Assembly: GCA_963845755.1 (NCBI GenBank)
Contig: CAWJTV010000020.1
Location: 256,001-320,000, forward strand
DNA length: 64,000 bases
Direction: 5' to 3'
Source of the DNA: an uncultured Planctomycetota bacterium
GTDB taxonomy: Bacteria; Planctomycetota; Planctomycetia; Isosphaerales; Isosphaeraceae
In this document: piece after piece, positions 35,701-47,574 of the stretch
Layout of the letters: every line of letters begins with the position of its first letter
How positions within the stretch are numbered: position 1 is the stretch's first letter
Notes under the pieces: generated by a model
What the model was told of the DNA's origin: nothing
Databases searched by the model: none
The model's input: only the letters and a program-made list of their open reading frames with translations
Made by a program: the position numbers and the translations under genes

Positions 35701-38700
35701 GTAGTCCTCGCTGGTGAAGATCGGAGGCGTCGAGCCGGATGAGTCCTCGAATCCCAGCGAGTCGCCTCCGCCGCCGCCGTTGAACGACAGGTTGATCGGT
35801 ACGGCCCCCCCGTCGGACCCGAACAACGGGTTCCCGTGGGCGAAATCGACGTCCAGATTATCGGCGCCCGTTCCGGTGGTGAGTCCGAAGGAAACGAGGG
35901 CACTGGGGTCGTAGGAGAGCCCACCGCCCGGCAGCACGCCGTCCAGGTCGGCCATATTCCCGTTCATCTCCAGGAGCATGTTACCAAACGAAGACGTTTC
36001 CGCCGAACCATCGACGTTCAGGATGGTGGAATCCGGAGCCCCGGTGACGGAGATGCCGGCGTCGAGGTTCGCGAGGCTGCCATCGTCGCCGATGTCGACC
36101 GTGTTGGGATCACCTTGCGCTCCCGGCTGGTCATCGATGACCAGCGAGCCATCGGCGGTGACGTTCTCGACAAGAACGGTGTTGCCATTGCCCCCAAGCT
36201 GGATGGTATTGACCGTCCCCGGCGTGGTCCCGTTGATGGTGAGAGTCTGACCGCTGGTATCGGGCCCGAAGTACCAGAATGTGAGACTCTGGAGTCCGGT
36301 CGCGTTCGTAGCCGGGGGCTGAACGTACGTCGGGTTGGTGACGTCCCTCAAATCGACCAGGACGTCGGCCTTGTTGGCGAAATCCATCGGCGTGAATACG
36401 GGCGGGATGTCGCCGCTGGAGATCTCGTCGGTTGACAGCGAGCCGATGGCCGGGCCGGTCGTGACGTGAATGACCTGGGCATTCGAGGGTGCGTCGAAGC
36501 GGTAACTGGATACCGGGACCGTATCGGTGATCGAGGCCAAATTGCTGAATTGCACGGTCGTGAACACCGAGCCTATTCCGAACGCCAACTCGGCGGCATC
36601 GGCACCCAGGTAGGCCCAGTCCTCGGCTCCGAACGGCGTCGGGCCGGGTAGCTCGCCCTGGAGGATCAGGGCGTTGTTCACTCCCTGCATTCCCTCGAAA
36701 TCGAAGATAGAGGGTACTGGGTTTCCCTGGCTGAAATCCACCATCATGGTGTTGGACGAGCCGGAGCCCGTCGCCAGGGTCACATAGCTGACCGTGCTCG
36801 GGTCGAAGCTGATCGTCGCGGCGGAAACACCGGTCAAGTCGCTGAGATTGGTCGTGCTGTTGTACTCCAGCAGCGGCGTCGTGGAGTTCGTATCACTCGA
36901 GTCGTCGATGGTCAGACTCGTGGTGCCGGACAGATCCCCATGCACCCTAACGGCACCCAGACCCGACGCGGGGTGGGATTCGTTGCCCAGCGTCATCCAG
37001 TCGGTCTTGCCCGTGCCGGGGTTGGTCTCGAGATTCGTGGTGGCCGTTGTGGGCGTGCCGGTGACGCTCCAGGTGTCGCCTCCGCTACTCCCCTGGATCG
37101 TCAGGCCGGTCAACCCCGTCAAACCGCTATAGCTGACACTGGGCGTCTCGCCGATGGAGAATCCCATGCTGGTGAGGTCGTAGGAGGCCGACGCCGTGCT
37201 GGCGGAATCGTCGATCGTGAGCGAGGCAGAACCGCTGCCCTGAACGTTGACATTGCCGGTCAGCCCGGATGCCGGGTCGATCTCGCTGCCCACCATGACC
37301 GAGTCGGGATTGTCGTTCGGTGCCGACACATTGATCACCGTCGCATCCGCGACCAACTGCGGCGAACCGGTGACGGTGATGTCATTTCCACCCGCGGTAC
37401 TGGCATCGAAGGTCAGCCCGCTGAGTACCGCGGTGTTGTAGACGAAACCCGGCCCGTTGATGAAGCTCAGCGACGTCGCATCGATGCCGACGGTTTGGGG
37501 ACTGGCGTCGCCCGAGTCATCGACGGTCAGGCTGGTCGAGCCGGGAAACTCGGTGAAGAAGTTGATACTTCCCAGCCCGCTGGCGGGGCTCAGGACGTCG
37601 CCCACGGTGACCGCATTGGTCGCCCCCGTGCCCATGTCGAGACTCAGCGGGTTGGACGCTCCGGGCGTGCCGGTCACGGTCACCAGGTTCGATCCCGCGT
37701 CGCTGGCTTTGAGCGACACGATCGAGAGGCTTGCGCCGCCGTAATTGAAGGTTGGCCCACCGCTAAAGCCGACAGCCGTGCCCGTCACACCGATGGTCTT
37801 GCCGCTGACATCGGCCGAGTCGTCGATCCACACGCCGGTCTGACCGACGACACCGGTCGTCACCGTGACATTGCCCAGGCCGTTGGCGGCGTCCGAGGCA
37901 TCGCCCAGGTTGACGGTGTTGCCGGTGGCCGTGCCCATGTCGAGCATCAGTGGGTTGGTTGTCACAGGTGTGCCTGTCACGATCACCGTGTTTTGATTCG
38001 CGTCGCTAGCGTCGAAGGTCAACGTGGTGAGGTCGGCATTCGTGTAGTCGAAGTCCGTCGCCCCGAAGATGGTGACCGCTGTCGGCGTCACGCCGACCTC
38101 CTGGCCGGATCCATCGTCCGAGTCGTCGATCGTCAGGCTGGTCGAGCCGCTGACCGGTGGTACGCCGACGGTTGATGTCGTGACCGTGACATTACCCAGG
38201 TCGGCGGCGGCATCGGTGGCATCGCCCAGGTTGACCGCGTTGCCCGTGCCTGTGCCCATGGCGAGGGTGATCGGGGCCAGCCCCGGCGACTCCGAGGGCG
38301 AGCCGGTGGCGTTGACCGTGTTCGAGCCCTGGTCGCTGGCGTCGAACGTCAAGCTGCCGATGGTCGCCGGGCTGAGGTCGAAGGCCGGTCCGCCGGTGAA
38401 GCTGAATTGAGTCGAGGAGATGCCGATGGTCGCAGTGCTCGCCGTGTCGGCCGAGTCGTCGATCGTCAGGTCGTACGGGGCGCTGCTACCGGACCCGATC
38501 GAGATGCTCCCCAGACCGCTGGCGGCGTGGGAAGCGTCGCCCAGGTTCATCGTATTGGTGCCACCAGCGAATGCTGAGATGACCATCGGGCTGGCCGGCG
38601 GCAGCGTGGGCATGCCGGTGACGTTGATCGTGTTCCCGCCATTGTTGTTGAGATCCAGTTCCAGGCTGGAGAGCGTCGCGCCGCCGTAGGTGACGGTCGG

Positions 38701-40579
38701 GCCGCCGATGAGGCTCACCGCCGACGCCGTCACGCCGTAGGTCCAGCTACCATTGCCGACCGAGTCGTCGATGGTTAGTCCGGTCGTGCCGCCCGCCCCG
38801 GTCGTCAGCGTGACGTCGCCGTAGGCGTCGGCCCGGGGGCCGAAATCGACGGAGTTCCCCGTCCCCGCGCCCATGGCCAGGGCCATCGCGTTGGTCGCGG
38901 TTGGCGTGCCTGTGACATCGACGGTGTTCGAGCCGGCGTCGGCGGCATCGAAGGTCAAGCCGGAGAGGGTTGCCCCGCCGTAGGTGAACACCGGCGCGGT
39001 GTTAATGGTGAGGGTGGAGCTGGCTACGGCGACGGTCTGGCCGGTCGTATCGTCCGAGTCGTCGATCGTCAGTCCGGTGGTGCCCGTGACCGTCACGTCC
39101 CCCAGGTTGCTGGCGGCGTGGGAGGCGTCGCCGAGATTCACCGCGTTGCTCGTCGAGCCGCCCATGGCCACCGAGGTGGTGGCCCCGGTGGGCGTTCCTG
39201 TCACCAACACCGTGTCGGCTCCGGAGCCGAACGCCGCCGTCAGCGAGCTCAGGTTCGCGTAATTGATCGCCGCCGGCGAGGTCCCGCTGAACTGCGTGGC
39301 GGTGAGGGTCGAGGTGCTGGAGCTGGCGTCGGCCGAATCGTCGATCGCCAGGGCGGTCCAGCCTCCGACGTTGTCGAGGCTGACAATCCCCGAGATGCCG
39401 CTGAGCAGGCCGACGTCGCCGATGTTGACGATATCGCTGCCGCCCTGACCGTGGATCGTGAGGGGATTACTTGTGGTGGTCCCCTGTGCATCGACCGTAT
39501 CGCCGCCCGTGCCGGTGTTCAGGGTCGTGGGGCCGGGCGTGCCGGTCACGATGAACGTGTTGCCCCCCGAACCGCCGCTGATGGTCAGCGACCCGGGGCC
39601 GGAGAAGTTCACCGCGGCCGGGGCCAGGCCCGCCGAGATCCCACTCGAACTGATGGTGGCGGTGGTGGCGGTGGTGTCGGCCGAGTCGTCGATCGCCACG
39701 GTCGTCGACGCGCTCGTGTTCGCGACGGTGACGGCCGCCAGGATCCCCTGGGCACTGCCGGCGTTGCCGACGTTGACGGCCTCGGCCCCTGACCCCTGGA
39801 CGCTCAGCGGCGCCCCTGCGGTCGTGGAGTGGACATCGACGGTGTCGCCGGTGCTATTCCCCTGGATCGTGGTCGACGTTTCGGTGCCGTCGACGGTAAA
39901 GGTGTCCGCACCCGTCCCCGCAAAGAGCGACAGGGCTGATAACGTCGCATTGGTGAGGTCGATCGAGGCCGGCGTGATGCCGGTCACGGACGTGCTCGTG
40001 ACGCTGACATTCCGCCCGGTGGCGTCGTTCTGGTCATCGACCGCGGCGGTCGAAGTTCCCACGGTCGAACCGATCGTAACGGTCCCGTTGATCGCCTGGC
40101 TGGTGCCGAAGCCAATCTGGAATAAGTCGCTGCCCCCGGTCGAGTCGTGGAGGGTGGTGGGATTGTTGTTGGAGATCAGGATCAGGGAGCTGTCGCCCCC
40201 ATGCATGTCGAAGTCCAGCGAGGTCGTGTTCGTGGTCGTGATGGTGTTCGTGCCGTTGCCGGTCACGATGCCGGTGCCGTTATTGGTGACGTTGATCACG
40301 TCAGCGAGGTCGGTGATCGTATAGACGCCGCTCGTGTAGGAGACGTCCACCGTGGTCGGCGTATCGGCCACGAAGGCGAAGGCGTCGCTCGCGTCGATGG
40401 TCACCGCCGCGGCCAGGAGGGTCCTCTCTTCGAGGGCATCGATCAGGAGGCGAGGCTCGACCGCGCGTTCGACGCCTTGCGTCGCGGGCGACCGGCTTGG
40501 TCCACGGCTGGCGAAGACTTCTGGACATGTCTCGTCGCGTCCCCAAGAGCCGGCCGTGGTTGCCAAAGGTCTCCGACAT
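32758..40579 (-). CDS. Giant surface/adhesin-like protein (~2600 aa) with beta-rich repeats, PKD-like and Ig-like domains
   Basis: LEERTLLA planctomycete export motif; ~100 aa LTIDDS..TGTP repeats; (D/N)WGD / DYGDG domains; DSGISDSDGITNVTTPTFVG Ig-like domain; frameshift near the N-terminus. Confidence 0.85.
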
Positions 40580-41257
40580 GGTGCAAATCTCCGAAGGAGG
40601 AAAAGCGTTCAGGGAGTTACAGCGACCCATGTGTCTCTTGGGTGCGCACTGCGGTCGGCCCGGCGGACGGCCGGTCTCGACGACTCCCGATGTTATTCGT
40701 CACGAACGAACAGTCCGATTCGCCCGATCGGCCATCTCTGGTCGGGGCCGACTCGTACGATGGCCGAACCGATGGGCGAAGGAAGCAAACCTGCCGCCCC
40801 GAGCGGGTGGGCGGAGTTTCTCGATCGGCGTGGTCTTTCGTCCTCTCCACACGGTAGGGCTCGACGTCCCGCAACAGGGCTCCCCGTCCAAGACGAGCCC
40901 GCGACCCGACTGGCCCCCTCTTCAAAGCGATAGGACGTCGCGCGTTCTTTGTCTACTTACCGTTGGATAAATACATTCCCTTTTTTTCTCTCAAAAGGTC
41001 GCGATGGACGGTCGATCCCGGACAATCTGAACCTTGGGCAAGGTCCACCTTCTTCCCTGACATGGCCCCACTCTGCCACGTCATGGAGGATTCCGACTTT
41101 CCCGGGCGTCCGATCCCACATTGATGGCCGGGATGGGCCCTTCCGGCGAGGTCGCGTCTCGTCGCGCCATTAACAAACAATGGTTCATCCGGATCCGTGC
41201 GCGCCCGGTCTTGAAAACGGTGGAGTTGTGATCCGGCCTCGCCCACGGCGAATCCTT

Positions 41258-41338
41258 GGCCCGAAGGGGCCGCAACATAACAGCCCGGGGCAACGCCCCG
41301 GGAACGGAGCCCCCAACGGGAAAATGCCCTGAAAGGGC
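41258..41338. repeat. REP-like composite palindrome
   Basis: GGCCCGAAGGGGC, CCCGGGGCAACGCCCCGGG and GCCCTGAAAGGGC hairpins. Confidence 0.55.
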
Positions 41339-41385
41339 GACACAGGTGCAGGCCGCCGGCCCGGTTTGTCTGGCCCCTACCTTCT

Positions 41386-41496
41386 AGACATATGTCCGAC
41401 CGCATCCTCGGCACGCAAAAAAGCCGGTCGGACAGCATGTTTCAGAAGGCTGATCCGGACCATATGTTGTCCAGCGGCACGACATATGTCCGGATC
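41386..41496. repeat. Two tandem inverted-repeat pairs sharing an ACATATGTCCG core
   Basis: 41386-41402 pairs with 41425-41442; 41452-41470 pairs with 41479-41496. Confidence 0.55.
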
Positions 41497-42117
41497 TCTG
41501 GGGCTTTTGGAACAGACTCTCAAAACCGGTAGGTGCATCGACCCAGGAGTGTCCCAGTCTCGCGTCCAAATCGTTCGAGGTCCAGCACCAACTGTACGCC
41601 TGAATCACCGATGATGAGAGTCAAAATCCATCAGAGAAGGTATCCCGCTCGCTAGTTCATCAAGCCGAAGCGACGGCCGAAGTCAGACATCTCACCACAG
41701 GCCCGATCATGTGTCCGGGAAGCACCAAAATCGGCCAGGAGAAGCCAGCCTGCTCATCCCGCCCGCCGGTGAATGAAGGGGCGTCACGACCGAAATGAGC
41801 CTCCAATCCGACTCGACCGTGGGACGAGCAGCTAATCCTCGGACCGGCGCCCTTGGGGTTGACGGCCAGGGCTCCCCGAATCCGGTCCGGGCCGAGTCAA
41901 GGATCCAGTACGGGGGCACCCGAACGACCAACGACAGATCAGTGCTCATGCTTGACCAGAGGCCAAGTGGACAAGCAATGTCCGTCCGTGGTGATTTTTT
42001 CGCCACAAATTCCGACTCGTCGGTGAGGATCCCCGGCGCCACTCTTGCGATGATCCGACTACGACTACCATCGTCGCATGCATGATGCGAATGAGCTTTC
42101 CGACATCTCCCAGCTAC

Positions 42118-42159
42118 CTCGCAACGCGGGCCGGTGGCGAGGTCGTCAGTTCCGACCAG
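42118..42159 (+). pseudogene. Orphan 3' end of a DUF1559 gene
   Basis: Translates LATRAGGEVVSSDQ with no upstream DUF1559 body. Confidence 0.7.
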
Positions 42160-42183
42160 GTCGAATTCCGCGTATTCACGCGA

Positions 42184-42981
42184 TTACGGATACCAACTGG
42201 GGTTGGTGAGGATCACTCCGCCGGGATACATGCCCAGGTAGGCGTCGGGCTTGAGCACGGACTTGGCGTGGCCATCGAGATAGAGGACGTTCGAGCTGCC
42301 GTGCCGATTCCAGGGGATCCATTTGTCGAGCGTGACGGTGCCGAGCCAGATGTCGTAGTCGTCCTGCCTCGGATCAGTGGCCGCGACCGGGTCGTTGATA
42401 TTGGCGTCCATGACCGCGCCGTCACGCTCGTTCATGCAGACGAAATTCGACGTTCCGATGTCATACTGGAAACGGGGAAACGTCCAGCGGCCATAGCGGA
42501 CGGTCTTGTGGCTGAGCTGCGAGTTCAGCAGGTAGCTCGTCCGGTTGGTGATGCCATCGATTAGCCCGGTCGAGGGGTCGATATAAGGCTGAACGACCGA
42601 AATGTCGGACATGCAGCGGAAGATTTTCTCATCGGCAATCTGGGTTCCGCCTTTGGCGATCGCGTCGTTGGCGAAGGTCGGGTTGACATAGGGCATGATC
42701 TTGTCTTCCCAATAGATCTCCGCGAACGACTCGGCGTTGTGTACCTCGGAGAGGCTGTCGGCGTTGAACGGGTGATGGAGGAAGAACTGCCCGTTCCAAT
42801 CGTCGAAGTATTGCATGATGCCCAGGCCGATCTGATGCAGATGGCTCTGGCAATCCATGCGGCGGGCCGCCTCGCGTGCGCCTTGCACGGCGGGCAGCAA
42901 GAGCGCGACCAAGACCGAGATGACGGCGATCACCACCAGCAACTCAATCAGGGTGAATCCCGATCGGATTCGATGATTCAT
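42184..42981 (-). CDS. Short prepilin-type DUF1559 / H-X9-DG protein
   Basis: [49 protein letters not shown]. Confidence 0.9.
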   Translation of the reverse strand: MNHRIRSGFTLIELLVVIAVISVLVALLLPAVQGAREAARRMDCQSHLHQIGLGIMQYFDDWNGQFFLHHPFNADSLSEVHNAESFAEIYWEDKIMPYVNPTFANDAIAKGGTQIADEKIFRCMSDISVVQPYIDPSTGLIDGITNRTSYLLNSQLSHKTVRYGRWTFPRFQYDIGTSNFVCMNERDGAVMDANINDPVAATDPRQDDYDIWLGTVTLDKWIPWNRHGSSNVLYLDGHAKSVLKPDAYLGMYPGGVILTNPSWYP

Positions 42982-43625
42982 GGAGTCTAACTCTCTCGAG
43001 AAGGGTTGGCGGCGCCGCGTGTTACGAACGGTCAAAAGATACTACCCGTGCGACGGGTTCGCAAGAGGGTGACCCGAATGCGGGCCGCAGAGACAGTGCG
43101 TGATGGCTGCGATGCCGATTGATCGAACGCAATGTCGGCGTTTGTGGGAGCATTGCTCGCATGATCCTCCCGGAGTAGCGTCGGGCTATTCACATGCGCG
43201 AACGACGAGGCGGCAATCTATTCAAGCGACTGCGCCCTCCCGGCCTCGCGGGTTCAACTTTTTTCGGGGGCACGGCGGTGTGCGGGGCCTTCTTGCTTCG
43301 CCGACAGCGTGAAGCCGGTGATAGGGGACAGGCCGAGAAAGCTGTTTTTGGGCATCAATGAAGTGAACGCGGTCGACCTGAAAACCTCGGCCGGGAATCG
43401 GGAGACGGGCTGCTCGCCGGCCTTCCCACAAGTCTGAGTTGGCTCGTCCCCTCACGAGCGGTCCCTGCAAACGGCCGAATTCGTACGTTCGCGGATACCG
43501 GCGACTTCTCGCTCGCCCGTCGGGCGCCTGGCCGCGAGTTCTCGGCCCCGTTACGGCTGAAATCCGCCGACGAAAACCACCCTCTGGCGGAGGCTGTCTC
43601 GGCGCGTTATGATCCCCGGCTGTCT

Positions 43626-43656
43626 CGGTAGCACGATTTTCAGAATCGTATTATCG
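43626..43656. promoter_or_regulatory. NikR-like operator palindrome
   Basis: CGGTAGCACGATT-ttcag-AATCGTATTATCG (10/13 arm pairs), 40 nt upstream of the DUF1559 ATG. Confidence 0.6.
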
Positions 43657-43696
43657 GGCCGAGTTGCTCTCGAATGTCCACCTATGGGAGCGTTTT

Positions 43697-44731
43697 ATGA
43701 GACATCGACACGGCTTCACACTGATCGAACTGCTGGTGGTGATTGCCATCATTGCCGTGCTCATCGCCTTGCTGTTGCCGGCGGTCCAGGCGGCCCGCGA
43801 GGCGGCCCGCCGCATCCAGTGCACCAACAACCTCAAGCAGATCGGCCTCGCCTTGCACAACTATCACAGCGCCCTGGGCTCCTTCCCGCCGGGCGGGATG
43901 GTGGCCCCGCTGACCAACTGGTGGGTCGCGCAGGGCCTGACCTGGCCCGGCCACTTCCGTTACTCGACCCCCGTCATGATCATGCCGTTCATGGAGCAGA
44001 CCACCGGCTTCAACGCCATGAACTTCCTGATCCCGTTGTACGACCTCAACGGCGACGACATGCCCCAGAACACCACCGTCTACTCCATGCAGGTGAACGC
44101 GTTCCTCTGCCCGAGCGACGTGCGCAATTCAATCGAGATCGAATTCGAGATGCCGTGCAACTACGCCGCGAACTCGGGCAACGGATTGCCGGGCGGCTTC
44201 AGCCTCCCGGCCTCGTACGGAACGCCCAACGGGCCGTTCTACTCCAACTCGGGGACGACGATGGCCAACATGATCGATGGCTCGAGCAACACGGCGGCCT
44301 TCGGCGAGAGCATCATCGGCACGAATTCGAATATCCCCCCGTCGCCGGGCGCGCCGAACCCCCAGGAGATCGTGGTCCAACTGCCCTCGGGCATCAACAC
44401 GTTCGCCGATACGTTCACGTACATCCCCCTGGTCGCGTCCGATTGCCTCGCCTCGACGAACTACCGCTGGGACCGCCAGACGAACTGGATCGACGCGGAC
44501 TACCGGCACACGCTCTACGATCATTACCTGACCCCGAACAGCACGATGTATGACTGCCTTCGCGGGCCGATGCACGGCTGGCGGACGGCGCGGAGCCGCC
44601 ACCCGGGCGGGGTGAACATCCTCTTCGTCGATGGCAGCGTCCACTTCATGAAGAACTCGATCAACCTCGTGGCCTGGCAGGGCATTGCCACCGTCGCGGG
44701 CGGCGAGGTCATCAGCTCGGACTCCTACTAA
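43697..44731 (+). CDS. DUF1559 prepilin-type protein
   Basis: GFTLIELL..; [30 protein letters not shown]. Confidence 0.95.
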   Translation: MRHRHGFTLIELLVVIAIIAVLIALLLPAVQAAREAARRIQCTNNLKQIGLALHNYHSALGSFPPGGMVAPLTNWWVAQGLTWPGHFRYSTPVMIMPFMEQTTGFNAMNFLIPLYDLNGDDMPQNTTVYSMQVNAFLCPSDVRNSIEIEFEMPCNYAANSGNGLPGGFSLPASYGTPNGPFYSNSGTTMANMIDGSSNTAAFGESIIGTNSNIPPSPGAPNPQEIVVQLPSGINTFADTFTYIPLVASDCLASTNYRWDRQTNWIDADYRHTLYDHYLTPNSTMYDCLRGPMHGWRTARSRHPGGVNILFVDGSVHFMKNSINLVAWQGIATVAGGEVISSDSY

Positions 44732-44749
44732 GTGAAAGGGGCAAGACCG

Positions 44750-45863
44750 ATGCGCAGGACCAAGGTTCTCATGCTGGCGGTGGCCGCGGCGCTGCTGCGC
44801 GGACGTGGCGAGTGCTCACGAGCTCTGGTTTCACCCGGGCGCCGGAGGCCAGTCCTCCTCGGTGCGATTATCCTTCGGCGACTCGCCCGACCTCGGCGAG
44901 GCGGAACGCGTCGCGGAGATCGCCCACACGAAGGTCTGGGCCGACGGGCAACCGCTGGACGTCGAGCGTCTGCCGGATGGCCTCGAGGCTCGTCTGGGGG
45001 ATCGTCGCCCCGCCGTGATCAGCGCGTTCGCCGACCGCGGCATCGTCAACTACATGGGCGACTCGTTCATCATCTACCTGGCGGCCTATTCCCAGACGCA
45101 CGCGATCGAGGCCAATCCGGCCCGGAAGCTGGGCCTCGGCGACGATCAGGTCCGGCTCCTGTTGATCGCCAAGGGGGACGGGCCGCCGGTGGTGCAGGCC
45201 CTGTGGCGGGGGAAGCCCGCGGCGAACGCAGCCGTGAAGCTCTTTCACGGCCGCGAAACGCCCACCGAGCTGCGGACGGATGCCCGCGGCGAGATCCCGT
45301 GCCCGGATCTGAGAGAAGGCCCATGGTCGCTGCTCGTCGACGTCAGGGACAAGACGCCGGGCCAGCGAGACGGTCGGGATTACACACACGTCCGCTACAA
45401 GGCCACGCTGGCGATCGGCGCGGAAGCGGCCTTCGCCCCGGCCGTCGCCGCCTGCCTGGCCCGGGTCAAGGAGATCCACGGCGCGACCGGTCCCTGGGCG
45501 GTCGCCGGCTATCGGATTGGCGAGCGTGCGCTCAAGGAGCTGGGGCTTCCCCGGCAGAGCCATGACCTGGACGTGGTCCACCGATGCCCGGCCGAGGTGC
45601 AGTATTCCTGCGTCGCCGACGGCGTCCAGGCGGCGACCGGGGCCAGCCCCGGCAAGCTGAACCTGCACATCGAGCAAGCCACCCGCGAGGATCTCCGCAC
45701 CGTGATCCGCAACAAGAAGTCCGGGCGTACCCTGACGTTCACCCTCAAGCTGGAGTTCGCCCATTCGATCACAGACCTGCCGTTCGATCGGCTCGAAGCC
45801 GAAGGGCGGCGGGTCGCCGCGCTGGCCGATGACGTCATCTTCCGGATCGCCGAATCAAAGTGA
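44750..45863 (+). CDS. Exported DUF4198-like / FmdE-domain fusion protein; frameshift in the signal peptide
   Basis: ASA-HELW mature N-terminal His; GKPAANAAV..RTDARG; C-terminal IHGATGPWAVAGYRIG..SCVADGVQAATGASPGKLNL (FmdE-like). Confidence 0.7.
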
Positions 45864-45892
45864 GGGACGGACTTTCAGCCGGGAGGAGGCCG

Positions 45893-46357
45893 ATGCGTAC
45901 ATGCCGGAGGCGGCCATTGTCGCGGGGCCGCATTGTTGTTACGTCCTTGGCGAGCTGGGCCGTGTTGTCCCTGCTCGGCCTGGCCGGTTGTGGCGGCCCC
46001 GGCCCTTATACGGGCTCGCTCTATCCGGTCAAGGGTCAGGTGCTGCTGGCCGATGGCACGCCCCTCAATGGCGGCACGGTCCGATTCATCCCGACGCGGG
46101 GCGGACTGCCTGCATCGGGCACAATCGCAGCAGACGGTACGTTTTCGCTGAAGTCGAAGAGCCGCGACGGGGCCGCCCCGGGCGAGTACAAGGTCCGGAT
46201 CGAGCCGAGTGCGGAGTTGCTCGTGAAGAAAGGGAGAACGGCCCCGAAGCTGCCCTTCGCCTCGAAATATCGCGAGTACGACGGCAACACCGGTCTGACG
46301 GCCACGATCAACGCCGGGGAGACGCAGCTCGAGCCATTCCGGCTCGAGGCCAAGTGA
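45893..46357 (+). CDS. DUF1559-associated lipoprotein (carboxypeptidase-regulatory-like fold)
   Basis: LAGC lipobox; YPVKGQV..DGTPL..GTIAADGTF..GAAPGEYKVRI. Confidence 0.85.
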   Translation: MRTCRRRPLSRGRIVVTSLASWAVLSLLGLAGCGGPGPYTGSLYPVKGQVLLADGTPLNGGTVRFIPTRGGLPASGTIAADGTFSLKSKSRDGAAPGEYKVRIEPSAELLVKKGRTAPKLPFASKYREYDGNTGLTATINAGETQLEPFRLEAK

Positions 46358-46925
46358 CCCTCCACTGGCCTCCGGGAATTTGTCCCTGCACACTCCCGAT
46401 GCCGTGCTTGATCGTGAGATAGACGGCGAAGATCATCATCCGCAGGATCGTAAACTGGACATGGGGCACCTGCATCGCCGGGTGCTCTTGGCAAGGTTCA
46501 TCTCGACCCGCCTCCCACAGTCTAACGTGCAGGTAAGCCCTTACGCCCAAGCCTTATTCCGGTTTTCTGCTCCGATGCGACTCACGGCCAATGACCGGCC
46601 AGATGTGCGCCTGGACCCACGGTCCTGCACCACGAGACGGCCGCGTGGCACGTCGCCGCGCGGATCGCGAGGTCGGCGGTTCGGACGGTTTCCACAGGGC
46701 CCACATCGATACCGCTCTCCCCTCGACTGCTGGCAAAATCACCGGTTCGGAGGCCACAACATCCGAGTCCCGCCGTTGTCGTCAAGTCGGGTGTCGCCGT
46801 AAAATTATTCAAGGTTTTCGAAACCAGGCGGTGGATTGACAGCACAATTCTCATGTCGGATCATGAATCTAGCCCGATCTCCGGGCTCGGAATGATATGA
46901 CCTGCCCTCGGGGAATCGACTGCGA

Positions 46926-47399
46926 ATGCGTCGCCGCTCCCATCCATCCCGCACGAATGACATCGTCCGCCGGTTGCTGCCGGCGGTCGTGCTCTTCTGC
47001 GGCCTGGGAGTGGAGGGCAAGGCGGCCGAGATTTCGGTCTCTTCCGCCGGCGCGTTCGACGGCGATCACACCCAGCACTGTAGTTGTCGCGATTGCCGGA
47101 AGGGGTCCTGCTGCTGCGGCCCGCGCGGGCCGCAGACGAAAGGTGGTCGCACTAGACTACGGACCGAGCCGGTTCGGAATGGCGACGGTCCCTGCTTGAG
47201 AGCCGCCCCCTGCGGCGATTCGGGGTTGCCGGGTGCGCCGGTCCTCGGGCCGACCGGCAAGGTGGCATTCCACACGGCACAGAACTGTGTGGTCCCCTTC
47301 GCGACAGGCCACCTGCTCCCGCCGGACCGTCGTTGCGTTCTCCCATCCCGACGAGCCTCTCTTCTCGACGAGCCCCCGGAACACCTCGCCCTCGCCTGA
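46926..47399 (+). CDS. Cys-rich exported leader-like protein (CruR/DUF2946-like architecture)
   Basis: Signal-like N-terminus, [15 protein letters not shown]-terminal LLDEPPE. Confidence 0.65.
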   Translation: MRRRSHPSRTNDIVRRLLPAVVLFCGLGVEGKAAEISVSSAGAFDGDHTQHCSCRDCRKGSCCCGPRGPQTKGGRTRLRTEPVRNGDGPCLRAAPCGDSGLPGAPVLGPTGKVAFHTAQNCVVPFATGHLLPPDRRCVLPSRRASLLDEPPEHLALA

Positions 47400-47574
47400 T
47401 CCCAGGCCATTGCCATCGGCGTATCTCGAGCCCCGCCCGTGCGGTCGTTGTGTGCGCGCGGGACAAGGCACCGTCCGTTGCGTGATATCGCTGCGGTCCC
47501 CGATCTCCGCGGCCCTTGGGTCGTCGGCTTCACGTGGGATTGCGCCGAGCCTTCTCATTCCGGGAGTTCATCCA

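Noticed and set aside
40600..40950. c-di-GMP riboswitch upstream of the giant surface protein
   Set aside because: GCAAAC is present on the plus strand but the rest of the motif and the orientation do not fit
43200..43600. Cobalamin or NiCo riboswitch between the divergent DUF1559 genes
   Set aside because: Could not find the conserved core motifs by eye on either strand; an Rfam/Infernal search would settle it
46420..46475. Minus-strand MQVPHVQFTILRMMIFAV resembling the start of the small membrane protein family at 27915
   Set aside because: Too short to support; at most a remnant
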